A stretch of 64,000 nt of DNA from the NCBI GenBank assembly GCA_951406725.2, contig OX597816.1, positions 67,828,001 through 67,892,000 on the forward strand, read 5' to 3'. A program made the translations under genes and the position numbers. Positions within the stretch are counted from its first letter, which is position 1. Each line of letters starts with the position of its first letter. This DNA comes from Octopus vulgaris. Taxonomy: Eukaryota. The notes under the pieces are model-generated. The model was not told the DNA's origin. It worked only from the letters and a program-made list of their open reading frames with translations, and searched no databases. Positions 41,701 to 56,300 of the stretch are shown here, piece by piece.

Positions 41701-44700
41701 CGATGGGCCTTTGGGAGGAGGAGGCTGAGGTGGCGCTGATTGTGACTCTCCCACGCTCATAATTGGTTGATCACGTTCTGATTTCACGGATTTCACTGAA
41801 GCTGAAGAAAGATAATGGATAAGTTAATGCAGACCCTATTATACACTCTGAACATTCTACATACATATACATACAAAAGATTCTTCAACATATGCACAGA
41901 CACACACTGAATACTCTATCATACACAAGCATACAATAAATATTATATTAAAAATCAAAACCATACTTAAAACTCAATCTTTGCTTGTTGCTTTCTCTCC
42001 TTCAATCCTCCCTTTGTCTTTCTCTCTCTCACTACTTTCTTTCTCTACCATTTTCTTTCAATCTTTTCCTTTCTTACTTACTCTCTATTTCCTTCTCCAT
42101 TTTCTTTCTCTCTACCCTCATCTCTGTATCTCCCTTGCTCAACTTCACCACATAAATGAAAAGGTTCACAAACAGGCAATAAGTTATTCACCTGGTGCTT
42201 CAGGACTTGTCTTCTGTTCTTCTTTAACTGATCCAAATAGACTCCCAAGATCACTCTCCATGGTATGAATGTCTAAGTCCATCTTGATATCATCTTGATG
42301 CTAATAACAATAAAAAAAAAATTAATAAAATCCAAATCATCACAGGATTCAAAGCAGTATGGCAATCATAGAAAATCTGTATTATTTGGCAAAACCAGTC
42401 ATTACTCTTTTTTTTCTGTTATTAAACACTGCTGTGTGAAGCAATATCTCAAACGATTGGATCTCTAGATTAACATTTGCTCTCCTTCCCTAACAAATAA
42501 TGGGGATAACAGTTAATCCTCTGACTGAACCAAGGAAGCTGTTTCATATTGTTGATACTGTCTGTCAGTTACACTCCCAATAGAAGTGTCACTGTTTTTC
42601 AGTGACAAGGTAGATTTTGAACATAAAATGCACAGATCTGACATGGATACTGCAGAGTATCTCATTTGACATTCTAACAATTCCTGGGCTTATACATTTT
42701 TTATCGACCCTGAAAGGAAGAAAGGCAAAGCTAACCATAGCTGGATTTGAACCCAGAATGCACAGAGTTGGAGCAATTACCATGAATCAGAGCATTTTAT
42801 AAGTAAAAGACTTTGCTTATGAGGGATTTAACGCTTTAGCATTAAAGTTACTCTGTTAGTTGTATGAATTAATCATGCATTATTTCATAGCTTCAAGACT
42901 TTGATGATGGGATTGTTTACTTTTAGAATGACATTGTAGGCTAAGTGTGAGAGGCCAAATCGGACTTGTTTGAAAATAGAACAGGCGGAATATTTCAGTT
43001 GGACATGTCCAGTTTAAATGCTAAATGGTTAAAATCATTTGTTACTTTTCATTCAGCAGCATCATCATCATCATCGTTGTTTAACGTCTGTTTTTCATGC
43101 TAGCATGGGTCGGACAGTTCAACTGGGGTCTGGGAAGCCAGGAGGATGCACCAGGCTCCAGTCTGATCTGGCAGTGTTTCTACAGCTGGATGCCCTTCCT
43201 AACACTAACCATTCCATGAGTGCTTTTTATGTGCCACCGGCACATGGGCCAGATGGGGCTGGCAATGGCCACGATTGGTTGGTGCTTTTTACGTGTCACC
43301 AGCATGGAAGCCAGCCAAGGTGGTGCTGGCATTGGCCACATTCAATTGGTGCTTTTTATGTGCCACCGGCACGGGTATCACAACTACAATTTCCATTTGA
43401 TTTTTATTTTAATGTTGATTTGACCATTTTGTTACCATATTATGTTTGTAATATGTTGTTTTTGTTTCAATTAATTTTCAAAATAATTAGGAATTTAATA
43501 AAATAACTTTGTCATTATTAAGCTGGTGTTTGGAACATAAATTGCAATTTTGATGGTAAATTTTAATTTACATCATTTTAAAAGAGGGAAGTTTACATCA
43601 CAGAACCAGGAGGGGTCTCAGGAGAGTTGGTATCAAAAGGGTTTAAAAAGTTCCAGTCAATTTACAGATAATAGTACCTTTACCAAATATTCAAAATAAT
43701 GATAATGAGGAAAAAGGGACACCTCTCTAACCCTTTAGCAATCAAACTGGCCATATCTAGACCAAAATATTCTACCTGTTTTATGTTCAAACTGGTCAAA
43801 GCACCATCCGAGCGTGATTGTTGCCAGAGCAGCAAACTGGCTTCCATGCCGGTGGCACGTAAAAGGCACCATTCGAGCGTGATCGTTACCAGTGTCGCCT
43901 TACTGGCATGTGTAAAATCATTCGAGCGAGGTCGTTGCCAGTACTGCCTGACTGGCCCCCGTGCTGGCGGCACGTAAAAGCACCCACTACACTCTCAGAG
44001 TGGTTGGCGTTAGAAAGGGCATCCAGCTGTAGAAACTCTGCCAGATCAAGATTGGAGCCTGGTGCAGCCATCTGGTTCGCCAGCCCTCAGTGAAATTGTC
44101 CAACCCATGCTAGCATGGAAAGCTGATGTTAAATGATGATGATGATGATGGTCAGATCTGGCCTCTGCCATCTACCCTATAATTTCATTATAAAATTAAA
44201 CACAATCACATCATCTAAATCTCAAAGCTACAAGATAATGCATGATTAATTGAAAACAAAATGAATAAATAAGCATTACAGGCGTAGGAGTGGCTGTGTG
44301 GTAAGTAGCTTGTTTACCAACCACATCGTTCTGGGTTCAGTTCCACTGCATGGCACCTTGGGCAAGTGTCTTCTACTATAGCCTTGGGTCGACCAAAACC
44401 TTGTGAGTGGATTTGGTAGACGGAAACTGAAAGAAGCCCGTCGTATATATATATATATATATATATGTTTGTGCGTCTGTGTTTGTCACCCGCCAACATC
44501 GCTTGACAACCGATGCTGGTGCGTTTACATTCCCGTAACTTAGCGGTTCCGCAAAAGAGACTAGTCTTACAAAGAATAAGTCCTGGGGTCGATTTGCTCA
44601 ACTAAAGGCGGTGCTCCAGCATGGCCAGTCATATGATTGAAACAAGTGAAAGAGTATTACATTTGACAGAATAATCTGAATGATAACGAGCTAAACATAT

Positions 44701-46625
44701 AATTACCTTTAATATGCTGAATATCAAACAATGTGTCGAAATATTGGTTTTCCAACCCTTGCAAAATTTAAAATTGATTTGTAAACAACAAAATAGTTTA
44801 CTTACCTCATGTTTAATGCTTTCTGATAAACTTTTCACACTAGACAAATCAACACTGTCAGCAGATGGCATGGCAACTGAAGGAGAAGCAGCAAGATCTC
44901 CACGAGAGATTAGAGTACACATGTAGGCATCATGGGAAAAAACATCAAATCGAATGAGTTCACAGAAAAGCTGGATAAGGTTAGAAAATGCATCTCGGTT
45001 TTCTTCTGATCCGCTGTCATCTAAAAAAACAGAGAAATGACAACATTGAGGATTCAGACAAAAGAGAGAGAGAGACCCAGATGTAATCATTATTTCCTTT
45101 ATCATTGGTTTTATTTCTGCTTTTTCCGTGCACAAATAGGTTGGACAAGACCTACAGAGATGGTATTCCAAGGCCAGTCGGTCACCCTTCCAGTCACCAA
45201 TTCTTGTTTCGAAACAATGATGCTTTTACTCAACTGGTCAAAACTGATAAAGCTTCCAAGCTATAGGATATACCGTTTATGGGAGATAAATGCTGGTATG
45301 GTCATGTGGCGAGAATGGATGAGGACAGCTCTGTGAAAAAGTGCCACACCCTTGTGGTTGGTGGAACCTGTGGAAGAGGTAGACCCAGGAAGACCTGGGT
45401 TGAAGTGGTGAAGCATGACATTCGAATTTAAGGCCTCGCCAAGGAAATGACTAGTGACCGAGACTTTTGGAAATATGCCGTGCATGAGAAGACCCAGCAA
45501 ACCAAATGAAACCATAATCTCATGGCCTATGCCAGGGGCGTAACCAGCCCACTTGTACGTAACCTTTTCCTTCTTTGGTCACTAAAACTCTGCTTGCGAA
45601 GACCTGCTGAGGCAAGTGAAATCAAATCAAATCAATCAAAAGCAAAATCAAATTTGATGACTGGCATCTGTGCTGGCAGGTTGCAAAGAGCACCATACGA
45701 GCATGATCATTGACAGAGTGGCTAACCGGCTTCCGTGCCAGTGGAATTTGAAGGGCACCATTCGAGCGTGATCGTTACTAGCGTTGCCTTACTGGCACTT
45801 GTGCCCGTGCTAGTAGGGTGCCAAGAGCACCATCCCAGTGTGATCGTTGCCAGAGCAGCCAACTGGCTTCTGTGCCAGTGGCACGTAAAAGGGCACCATT
45901 CAAGCATGATCGTTATCAAAATCGCCTTACTGGCACCTGTGCTGGTGGCATGTGTAAAAGGATTTGAGTGAGGTCATTGCCAGTACTGCCGGTGGCACGT
46001 AAAAAGCACCCACTACACTCTCGGAGTAGTAGGCGTTAAGAAGGGCATCCAGCTGTAGAAACTCTGCCAAATCAAGATTGGAGACTGGTGCAACCATCTG
46101 GTTCGCCAGCCCTCAGTCAAAATCGTCCAACCCATGCTAGCATGGCAAGCAGACGTTAAATGATTATGATGATGATGGTGATAAACAAATGTTACCACTG
46201 TTCAAATAGTATCACAATGAAGGCATGCAGAAACACTTTCTCTTGCCCTCTCTCTCTCAAACACATACACACTGCAAGCTCCTGTGCTGCTTTACTCAAC
46301 AAAATTTCACACACTAGACACTGGTCAGTACAAAGCTATAATCAAAGATATTTGCCTCAAAGTACCAAACAGTGGGATGACCAGAGGGTTGGACAAATTT
46401 AACTTCATAATCACACTCTTTACTCTTTTACTTGTTTCAGTCATTTGACTGCGGCCATGCTGGAGCACCGCCTTTAGTCAAGGAAATCGCCCCCAGGACA
46501 TATTCTTTTTAAGCCTAGTACTTATTCTATCGGTCTCTTTTGCCGAGCCGCTAAGTTACGGGAACATAAACACACCAGCATTGGTTGTCAAGCAATGTTG
46601 GGGAACAAACACACAAACATACATA

Positions 46626-46667
<42 letters not shown>

Positions 46668-47276
46668 TACATATATACGACAGGCTTCTTTCAGTTTCTA
46701 TCTACCAAATCCACTCACAAGGCTTTGGTTGACCCGAGGCTATAGCAGAAGACACTTGCCCAAGGTGCCACGCAGTGTGACTGAACCCGGAACCATGTGG
46801 TTGTTAAGTAAGCTACTTACCACACAGCCACTCCTATGCCTCCCAGATGATGTTTTAACATAATCTAGTGCATTTATTACTTTATCAGTCAACATATCGA
46901 AACAAGGATTTTGAAAGGACAAACAAACAGGTAATTCATGGTTTGGACTGTTCCACTGTTATAGAAAAGTATGTGCTGATTTCATGTTTGTGTCTCTGAT
47001 TAAGCTAAATCCAACTTGGGAGTTGATTAAGACATTTTCAGTTGTTCATATGGATACCAAGCTCTTCGATAAATTACTCCTTGGTTCCATCTTCATATCT
47101 GGTATCGATGGAACATTTACCAATTCTTCTTTTTACAATTACAGTGTTATTATGAACCTTAATAATGATGACAATGGTGATGAGAAGAAAGTAATAACAG
47201 GTTTCATAAGAATGAGGGGATGGGGGGAGTGAAGGAAGGAGAGAAGGAGGAAGAGAGGGAAGAGAGAGAAGGAGGA

Positions 47277-47316
<40 letters not shown>

Positions 47317-50300
47317 TGAAAAAGAATGGGTCAATAGTTTGGGGTATAAGATTACCAAAGAAAAAGATAAAAATTGAAGCAGAAGATGTTGGACTGAAGA
47401 CAACCTATTCAACCTACACATGGAAAAACAAACGTAAATTGACGAGCATGATGATGATGATAATGCTGATGAGACAAAGATATTCGCTTTATTGTTATTT
47501 CTATGTAAGCCATGATTATCAGCTATTGTTTCTATGAGGATGTTAAACCAGGATTAAGGATGCTAAACCTAGAAACGAGAAAAAAATAATCTTCTCTAAT
47601 GACAAGCACTTACCTAGAACCGGAGCATCTTCATCAAGGAACTCCATGAGAAGCTGCTGGTAAGCCGGGTAGCCTGAAGACATCATGACGTCAGACGCTA
47701 TGGAATCTTTATCATCCATCATTTCACTATCAGCAAACTTCTGTCGGTAAAAATAAAAATAGAGGAATTAAATGTCGTGTATTGAACTTCTAACCAATAT
47801 ATGACAAATGCTCTACATTTGTTTAAATAATTAAAAACCACCAGTCGCATGGCATGCACGAGTTTTATGCGAACTTGTTTTTTTTCTCCTCTATATTGCA
47901 ATAAAAACAAACGAGCAAGTTCACATAAAACTCATGCATGCCATGTGACTGGTGGTTTTTAATTATTTAAACAAATATAGAGCATTTGTCATATATTAAC
48001 CCTTTCGTTACCAACCCGCTGAAACTGGCTCTAGCTCTGAGTACAAAATTTCTTGTTTTCATAAGTTTTGAATTAAAATCTTCAAACCAAACCTTAGTCA
48101 CAATTTATGTTCCTATCACTAGCTTAATGATAAGTTATTTTACTAAATTCTTTGTTATATTTAAAGTAATTGAAAGAAACACAGAGCCTCTCAAATTAAA
48201 TAAAGTAATGAAAGGGTTACTAGAGGAATTAAGAAAGAATTAAAGTGGGGGGAAAAAAACAAGTAAAAGAAAAACTAAAAATCAACAACATAGTAGAGAA
48301 GTTGAGGCATGTTTTAATTATTATCCCACATCACACCCACAATGAATGTTATTTTTTATCAATGACTCTCTTAACAAAACCAAAGATAGATTGTCCTTGT
48401 TTTCATTGGCCCTTTTAACAAGACCAAATACAGGCTACAGTATATGAAAATATGTATATATGTATCAAGTCGGCAGTTGTTCTCTACAAGCTCCAGGCTG
48501 ACCAAAGCCTAGTGAACAGGGTTGGATGATGGAAACTGAAAGAAAGCCACCATCTATGAATGTGTATCATCATTATCTCCATTTAACATCTGTTTTCCAT
48601 GCTGGCATGGGTTAGACAGTTTGACAGGAACTGGTAAGGCTGGGAACCACACCAGGCTCCATTGCCTGTTTTGGCATAGTTTCTACAGCTGGATGCCCTT
48701 CCTAGTGCCAATCATCTTTACAGAATGTACTGGGTGTACACTCTATATGTGGCACCAGCCCCTGTGTCTTTTACATGACACCAGCAATATATGTGTGTGT
48801 ATGTGTGTGTACCTTTGTCTGGTCAAGACATCGCATAATGGTTTACTCTTTTACTTGTTTCAGACATTTGACTGTGGCCATGCTGGAGCACCGCCTTTAG
48901 TCGAGCAAATCGACCCCAGGACTTATTCTTCATAAGCCTAATACTTACTCTATTGGTCTCTTTTTGACGAACCGCTAAGTTACGGGGACGTAAACACACC
49001 AGCATCGTTTGTCAAGCAATGTTGGGGGACAAACACAGACACACACATATATATATACATATAAAATCAAAATCAAATCAATCAAATCAAACCAAATCAA
49101 AATAGATGAACATCAATGGAATTTGTATCTTTGTGGTACCAGTACCGGTGGCACACAAGAAAACCATCCGAACGTGGCCGTAGCCAGTACCGCATCGACT
49201 GGCCTCTGTGATGTGGGCACATAACAAACACCATCCGATCGTGGCCGTCCGCCAGCCTCATCTGGCACCTGTGTCGGTGGCACATAAAAACACCAACCGA
49301 AGACCCGGCAAGACTAGTCAGGCCATAACCCATGGCCCCTACTTGGGACGTAGTCAGTCCACCTGTGCATACCTTCCTTCCTTCTTGTGACACTTGTGAA
49401 GACCTGTGAAGACCTGTTGAGGCAAGTGAAAATCAAATCAAAATAGATGAACATCAATGGAATTTGTATCTTGTGGTACCAGTGCCGGTGGCACACAAGA
49501 AAACCATCCGAACGTGGCCATAGCCAGTACCGCATCGACTGGCCTCCGTGCTGTGGGCACGCAACAAACACCATCCGATCGTGGCCGTTCGCCAGCCTCA
49601 TCTGGCACCTGTGTCGGTGGCACATAAAAACACCATCCGAAGACCCGGCAAGACTAGTCAGGCCATAACCCGTGGCCCCTACCTGGGATGTAGTCAGTCC
49701 ACCTGTGCATACCTTCCTTCTTGTGACACTTGTGAAGACCTGTTGAGGCAAGTGAAAATCAAATCAAATCAAAACAAATCAAAATAGATGAACATCAATG
49801 GAATTTGTATCTTTGTGGTACCAGTGCCGGTGGCACACAAGAAAATCATCCGAACGTGGCCGTAGCCAGTACCGCATAGACTGGCCTCCGTGCTTTGGGG
49901 ACGTAACAAACACCATCCGATCGTGGCCGTCCGCCAGCCTCATCTGGCACCTGTGTCGGTGGCACATAAAAACACCAACCGAAGACCCGGCAAGACTAGT
50001 CAGGCCATAACCCATGGCCCCTACTTGGGACGTAGTCAGTCCACCTGTGCATACCTTCCTTCCTTCTTGTGACACTTGTGAAGACCTGTGAAGACCTGTT
50101 GAGGCAAGTGAAAATCAAATCAAAATAGATGAACATCAATGGAATTTGTATCTTGTGGTACCAGTGCCGGTGGCACACAAGAGAACCATCCGAACGTGGC
50201 CATAGCCAGTACCGCATCGACTGGCCTCCGTGCTGTGGGCACGCAACAAACACCATCCGATCGTGGCCGTTCGCCAGCCTCATCTGGCACCTGTGTCGGT

Positions 50301-53300
50301 GGCACATAAAAACACCATCCGAAGACCCGGCAAGACTAGTCAGGCCATAACCCGTGGCCCCTACCTGGGACGTAGTCAGTCCACCTGTGCATACCTTCCT
50401 TCTTGTGACACTTGTGAAGACCTGTTGAGGCAAGTGAAAATCAAATCAAATCAAAACAAATCAAAATAGATGAACATCAATGGAATTTGTATCTTTGTGG
50501 TACCAGTGCCGGTGGCACACAAGAAAATCATCCGAACGTGGCCGTAGCCAGTACCGCATAGACTGGCCTCCGTGCTTTGGGGACGTAACAAACACCATCC
50601 GATCGTGGCCGTCCGCCAGCCTCATCTGGCACCTGTGTCGGTGGCACATAAAAACACCATCCGAGCGTGGCCGTCTGCCAGCCTCGTCTGGCACCTGTGT
50701 CGGTGGCACATAAAAACACCATCCGAGCGTGGCCGTCTGCCAGCCCCGTCTGGCACCTGTGTCGGTGGCACATAAAAACACCATCCGAGCGTGGTCGTTC
50801 GCCAGCCTCGTCTGGCACCTGTGTCGGTGGCACATAAAATCACCCACTACACTCTCGGAGTGGTTGGCGTTAGGAAGGGCATCCAGCTGTAGAAACACTG
50901 CCAGATCTGACTGGCCTGGTGCAGCCTTCGGGCTCCCCAGACCCCAGTTGAACCGTCCAACCCATGCTAGCATGGAAAACGGACGCTAAATGATGATGAT
51001 GATGATGATGATATACATATATACGATGGGCTTCTTTCAGTTTTCATCTACCAAATCCACTCACAAGGCTTTGGACGGCCCGAGGCTATAGTAGAAAACA
51101 CTTGCCCAAGGTGCCACGCAGTGGGACTGAGCCCAGAACCATGTGGTTGGTAAGCAAGCTACTTACCACACAGCCACTCCTGTAAATGAACATTGCTATC
51201 ATACAAGCAAAGTTGTTGTTTGTTTCCAATCTGACATGAAAAATGTCTGGCTATATTATTTTTCTTAGAGACAAGTGAGGGTTGGCAACGGGAAGAGCAT
51301 TAGAATGATGATAAGGATGATGATGATGATGATGTAAATATGGTGATTATCCAACATTTCAAAATAAAACTCAAAAAACAAATATAAACATTGCATGCAG
51401 TTAAATATGCTATGCATGTATCTCTGTCTGAAAGGAGTTATCACCCAACCATTTCAAATTATAACAAAAGGAATGAAAAAAAAAACATACTTGAACACAT
51501 GTGGCTGTGTGGTTAAATAGTTCACTTCTAAACCACAGGGTTTCAGGTTCAGTCTTTCTGAACCTGACCATGAGTAAATGTTCTCTATTATAACCCCAAG
51601 CTACCCAGAGTCTTCTAAGTGGTTTTGGTAAATGGAAACTGAAAGAAGTCTGTTGTGTGTGCATATGTGTGCTTGTTGTCTCTTCATCTTAGCATCACAC
51701 GATGATTGTCAGTAAGTGTTACTATCACACAAGCAGTGTAATTCATTTCTATGTTTTCCATGAAAGCATGTGAGGATTGGTGACAAGAAGGATACTGGTA
51801 TCCTTATCGTTTAAATGTCCGTTCTCCATGCTAGCAAGGGTTGGTTGGTTCGACCGGGGATCTGGGAAGCCAGGCTCCGGTCTTATCTGGCAATGTTTCT
51901 ACAGCTGGATACCCTTCCTAACGCCAATATTAATATATGTTATATCTTATACGTAAAGCATATGTGATACATGTATGTATATTATTGTAATTGTCAGTTT
52001 AGTAAATAAATAAGTTAACATAATATGTTTGAAAGTTGATGAACCATCTATTGATCCCCTCCATTTTGTTATTGCTATATATATAGAAATATATATATAC
52101 ACTCATATACACATATACATATATACATAAATAAGAAGGAAAATATACAATTTTACATAAAAGGATAGAGTCATTTTTTTTCACGTTTATTTATTTCATT
52201 TAGTTCCTTTTTAAAATACTCCAGTATCTACATATATATATTTCGTTTTTGGATTTGGTTTGCAAGATTCTTTATGTGAGTTCGTGTGTTGGAGCACATT
52301 CTGTTGTGTCTGGGGAGAGTCATTTTCCTTTTCAATAGTCTTGACTATTGAAAAGGTTGCAAGACGCAATGAAAATAAGTGTAAATTTTACAGGTGAGTG
52401 TGTTAAATTATAAGGCCCAAAAAGAAAATGACTCTCCCCAGACACAAGAGAATATATATATTTAGTCGTCTGAAAAAAGCCAATGGAAAAAATATTTGGT
52501 GTGTGTATGTGTGTGTGTTTGAGAGAGAGAGAGAGAGAGATGAAGAGTAATAACAAAGTAGCATCTTTCTTACCCACAACAGCACCATTCCAAAACTCAC
52601 TCCTTAACCATATAACAAATAGATAAATCTCTCTCTATATATAAAACTGAAGTTGTCTGTGTATGGCAGGTTTTGTAGCCTTTAACTAACACTATCTCCT
52701 CCGAGACCCTGCGGCACAGGTTGACCAAAATTGAGAGCATGATAGAAGGCTTGCTCTTCCTTCCGTAGAAGAAAAAATTCAAATCAGACCATGTTAACAC
52801 CAAAGATTATTTGCATCAAAAAGGTGCTTTTTTTTTTCTATGAAAATCCCTATTTTTTACGATATTTTGACTGCTGTATCGCCATTTTTCGGTTATTTCA
52901 ACCAGAAAAATGTTTACTTAAAGCTACATAATGCAAAATCTTTACTTTTCAAAAATTCCAATTCTAAAGGGTCAAAACAAACCCGAGCAACGCCGGGCGA
53001 TACTGCTAGTAAATAAATAATAAGCAACAACACACATTACATAAAAGGAAAAAGTAAACTAACCTCATTCCGCATATCATTCTGGCGTCGTTCTAACAAC
53101 TTAGCAACAACGACAGCTCTGTAATTACCAGTCCGTTGTATGGTGACTGCCCAGTCAATGAGGAGTTTAATGATCGGGTCATCACTAACAAGCGGCTGAA
53201 GAGAGGTCAAATAAATAAGCAATGATTAACAACACTTACAAACATTTCGGTTTATATAATTCTGATTTAGATTTAACATAATCATTAATATTTTGGATGT

Positions 53301-56300
53301 TAAACAGGCACAAAATTTACAATAGAAACCAAGTTTACTTTCTTTTCAAATCAATTGAAGGTTTTTTTTTAGAGGTTTTCAAAGTTAATCATCATCATCA
53401 TCATCATTTAACGTCCGCTTTCCATGCTAGCATGAGTTGGACGATTTGATTGAGGTCTGGCGAACCAGACTCCAATTTAATCTGGCAGAGTTTCTACAGT
53501 GGGATGCCCTTCCTAACGCCAACCACTACGAGAGTATAGTGGGTGCTTTTACGTGCCACTGGCATGAGGGCTAGTTTGGTGGTACTGGCAATGGCCACGT
53601 CCAAATGGTGCTTTTTACGTGCCACCTGCACAGGAGCCAGTCCAGCAGCACTGGCAACGACCTCGCTCGAATGTTTCACGTGCCACCAGCTAGTAAGGTG
53701 ATGCGGTAACGATCACGCTTGAATGGTGTGCTTAACGTGCCATCGGCACGAAGGCCCGTTTGTTGCTCTGGCGACAATCTCACTCATATGGTACTCTTAG
53801 CGCTCCACTAACAACGGATGCCAGTGGCAACGGGTCAAAGAGAAGAGGTGAAGTCAATTAAATCAACATTAACATTAACCAGTCATTACAGTTACCGACA
53901 TAACGATGTAGTTAAGAACTTGCTTTGCAACCCATGAGGTTTTGGGCTCAGTCCCACTGAGTGGCACCTTGGGCAAATGTCTTCTACTATAGTCCAGGGG
54001 CCAACCAATGCCCTCTGAAGTCCATCATGTGTGTGTGTGAGTGAATGAGAGTGAGTGTTAGTGTCTTTGTTTGTCCCCTGAACCACTAGACAACCAGTGA
54101 TGGTTCGTTTACATCTCTGTAACTTAGCAGTTCAGCAAAAGAGAATAGATAGAATGAGTACTAGACTTTAAAAATAAGGAGAGGGGGAAATCTGTTTGAC
54201 TAAACACTTCAAGGCAGTGCTCCAGCATGGCCACAGTCCAAGATAACACATCACTAGTACTTTATTTTATTGCCCTTAGCATATAACTGGTACTTGTTTA
54301 ATTGCTTTAAAGCCAAAATTATCTCTGCCAGAAGTCGAACTCAAATAATACTGTCTGCAATCATGAGGTCTGGTGTTCGATCCCACTGCGTAGCACCTTG
54401 AGCAATGTCTTCAACCACAACCTTGAGTTGACCCAAGTTTTATGAGTGACATTGGATAGATGGAAGCTGGAGGAAAGTAGGAAAGAGGACAAGACTCTAG
54501 CATCATCAGGGGAAAGGCCGTACTCATTGAATGCCTATATGGAGACCAGAAGTTAGCAAGGAAATCAGGCAAAGTAGACTGCGATTATCTGGTCACTGGA
54601 TGTGCCACCCTGAACTAGAGGCATCCAAATAAGTCTTGTGGAACCCACTTGAAGATGATGCAATAACAGGAAAACGGTGCCACACTTACATCGACAACTT
54701 GATAGCAGACATTGGCCTGGAATTTATCCAGGACCTTGAGGCAGTGATGATGGACTGAGAAGCGGGTAGACTTTGTTGTTGGAACCCAGCCATAATAATG
54801 ACAACAAATAATAATAATAAAAATAATAATAATATTGTTCTGTCTTGGTATAAAAGATGGGCTACAGCAAATATTCTGCTCAATACCACAGATTTGCTTG
54901 TCAGTTGTTTGACCTTAACCAGTTGACCATGTACTTTAGTGGCTGACAAAATGTGCATCTCTGATCATAAGCAGAAGTAGTTGGGGAGCATCATAGCCTT
55001 ATGTTGAAAGGAATTCGTAGAGGTTTGGATAATTCACCTTTGGAAACATGGGTGGGTCGTTCAACATCCTTAAACAACCCTTATTCAGGGACCTTTTGAG
55101 TGGGATGGGTTACTCGACCAGAAGAAAATTCTAACTGGGCCCCACCTGCAAGTCATGCGCTGTTTATCGTGATATGAGATCACCATGTCGCGCACATATG
55201 GTTGTGATGCATGTGCCTGGTGTACTCTTATCAGACGGGTAGTCATGATGGGTATACTGGGCTTCGTATATTTTACCCGAGTGTCACTTTGATGGCATGC
55301 ACTGCTCTCTCACTCAATAATAATAATAATAATAATAATGCATGAAAAATTTACATGGATGTAAAAGATGATGATGATGATGATGATGATGTGTCTGTAC
55401 ATGTAGTCTGTAAAAAAATTTCAAAGACATTAAAGGATTCTTGGCTTACCTCATTACCTTCTTTATTTTCGTTGTGACAGAAGATTTTATTGTACAGAGA
55501 ATTCATTGAGTTATTGGCATCGACTTTGTCAAAATAATGGCAATCGAGGATATCCAATACATTCAAAACTTTACTGATAGTGAAACCTGAGAAGAAAAAT
55601 TAAATAAAATAATATTAGCTTCAGTAAAAATCAACAAGATAGCTAGTTGTTGCTCAGTATATATTCAATTATCTACTATAATAATACTCTTGTGCTTTTC
55701 TCTGTCACAACATATGAATGAGAAAGGAAGGGGTGATAGATGAATAAGGAAGGAAGGGGTGATGGCAAACCGGTATGGGAGCATTTCAACTCTGTGTGAG
55801 TATATGTGTGTGTATGTAAAAGAAAGATATGTGAATGTGTGTGTGTGTGTCTGTGCAATGGAAGTGGGATGGTAAACATTCAATGCTGAAAAGAAAAATC
55901 AAACAGTGTTTCAACTCTGTGTGAGTATATGTGTGTATGTGTGCATATGTACAAGGGAAGAATGTGAATGTATGTATGTGTTCTTTCAGTAACAAATGAT
56001 GATTGATGTCACATCTCAAAAGACAACCACTAGATAACATTGACAACTAAATTAATTTGATTTACCATCCATATTTATACATAAAATACTACAATTAGCC
56101 GTCATTTTTGACGGCACAGGGCCAGCTAGTATAATATAATAATAAGCTGATATTCCATTCTCATTCTCTCTAACTGAAAAATGAATGGATTTTTGTCAGT
56201 TTCAACAGGGATTATTTTCAGTTTAACTGCTTCAGTCATTTTGTCCAATGTATTGGACAATTTTCCAGCACAAATTACAAATGGAATATAAATTAATTGA

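Noticed and set aside
49730-49800. CTGTTGA-ggcaagt-GAAA in each 341-bp unit (CTGCTGA at 45605) as a hammerhead, which would make the array a retrozyme
   Set aside because: Essential A6 is absent in all copies, stem II is not convincing, and no NUH with matching stems I/III was found in type I or type III topology
50600-50840. 57-bp tandem repeats resembling a CRISPR array
   Set aside because: Units are contiguous near-identical repeats with no unique spacers and belong to a LINE 3'UTR in a eukaryotic intron
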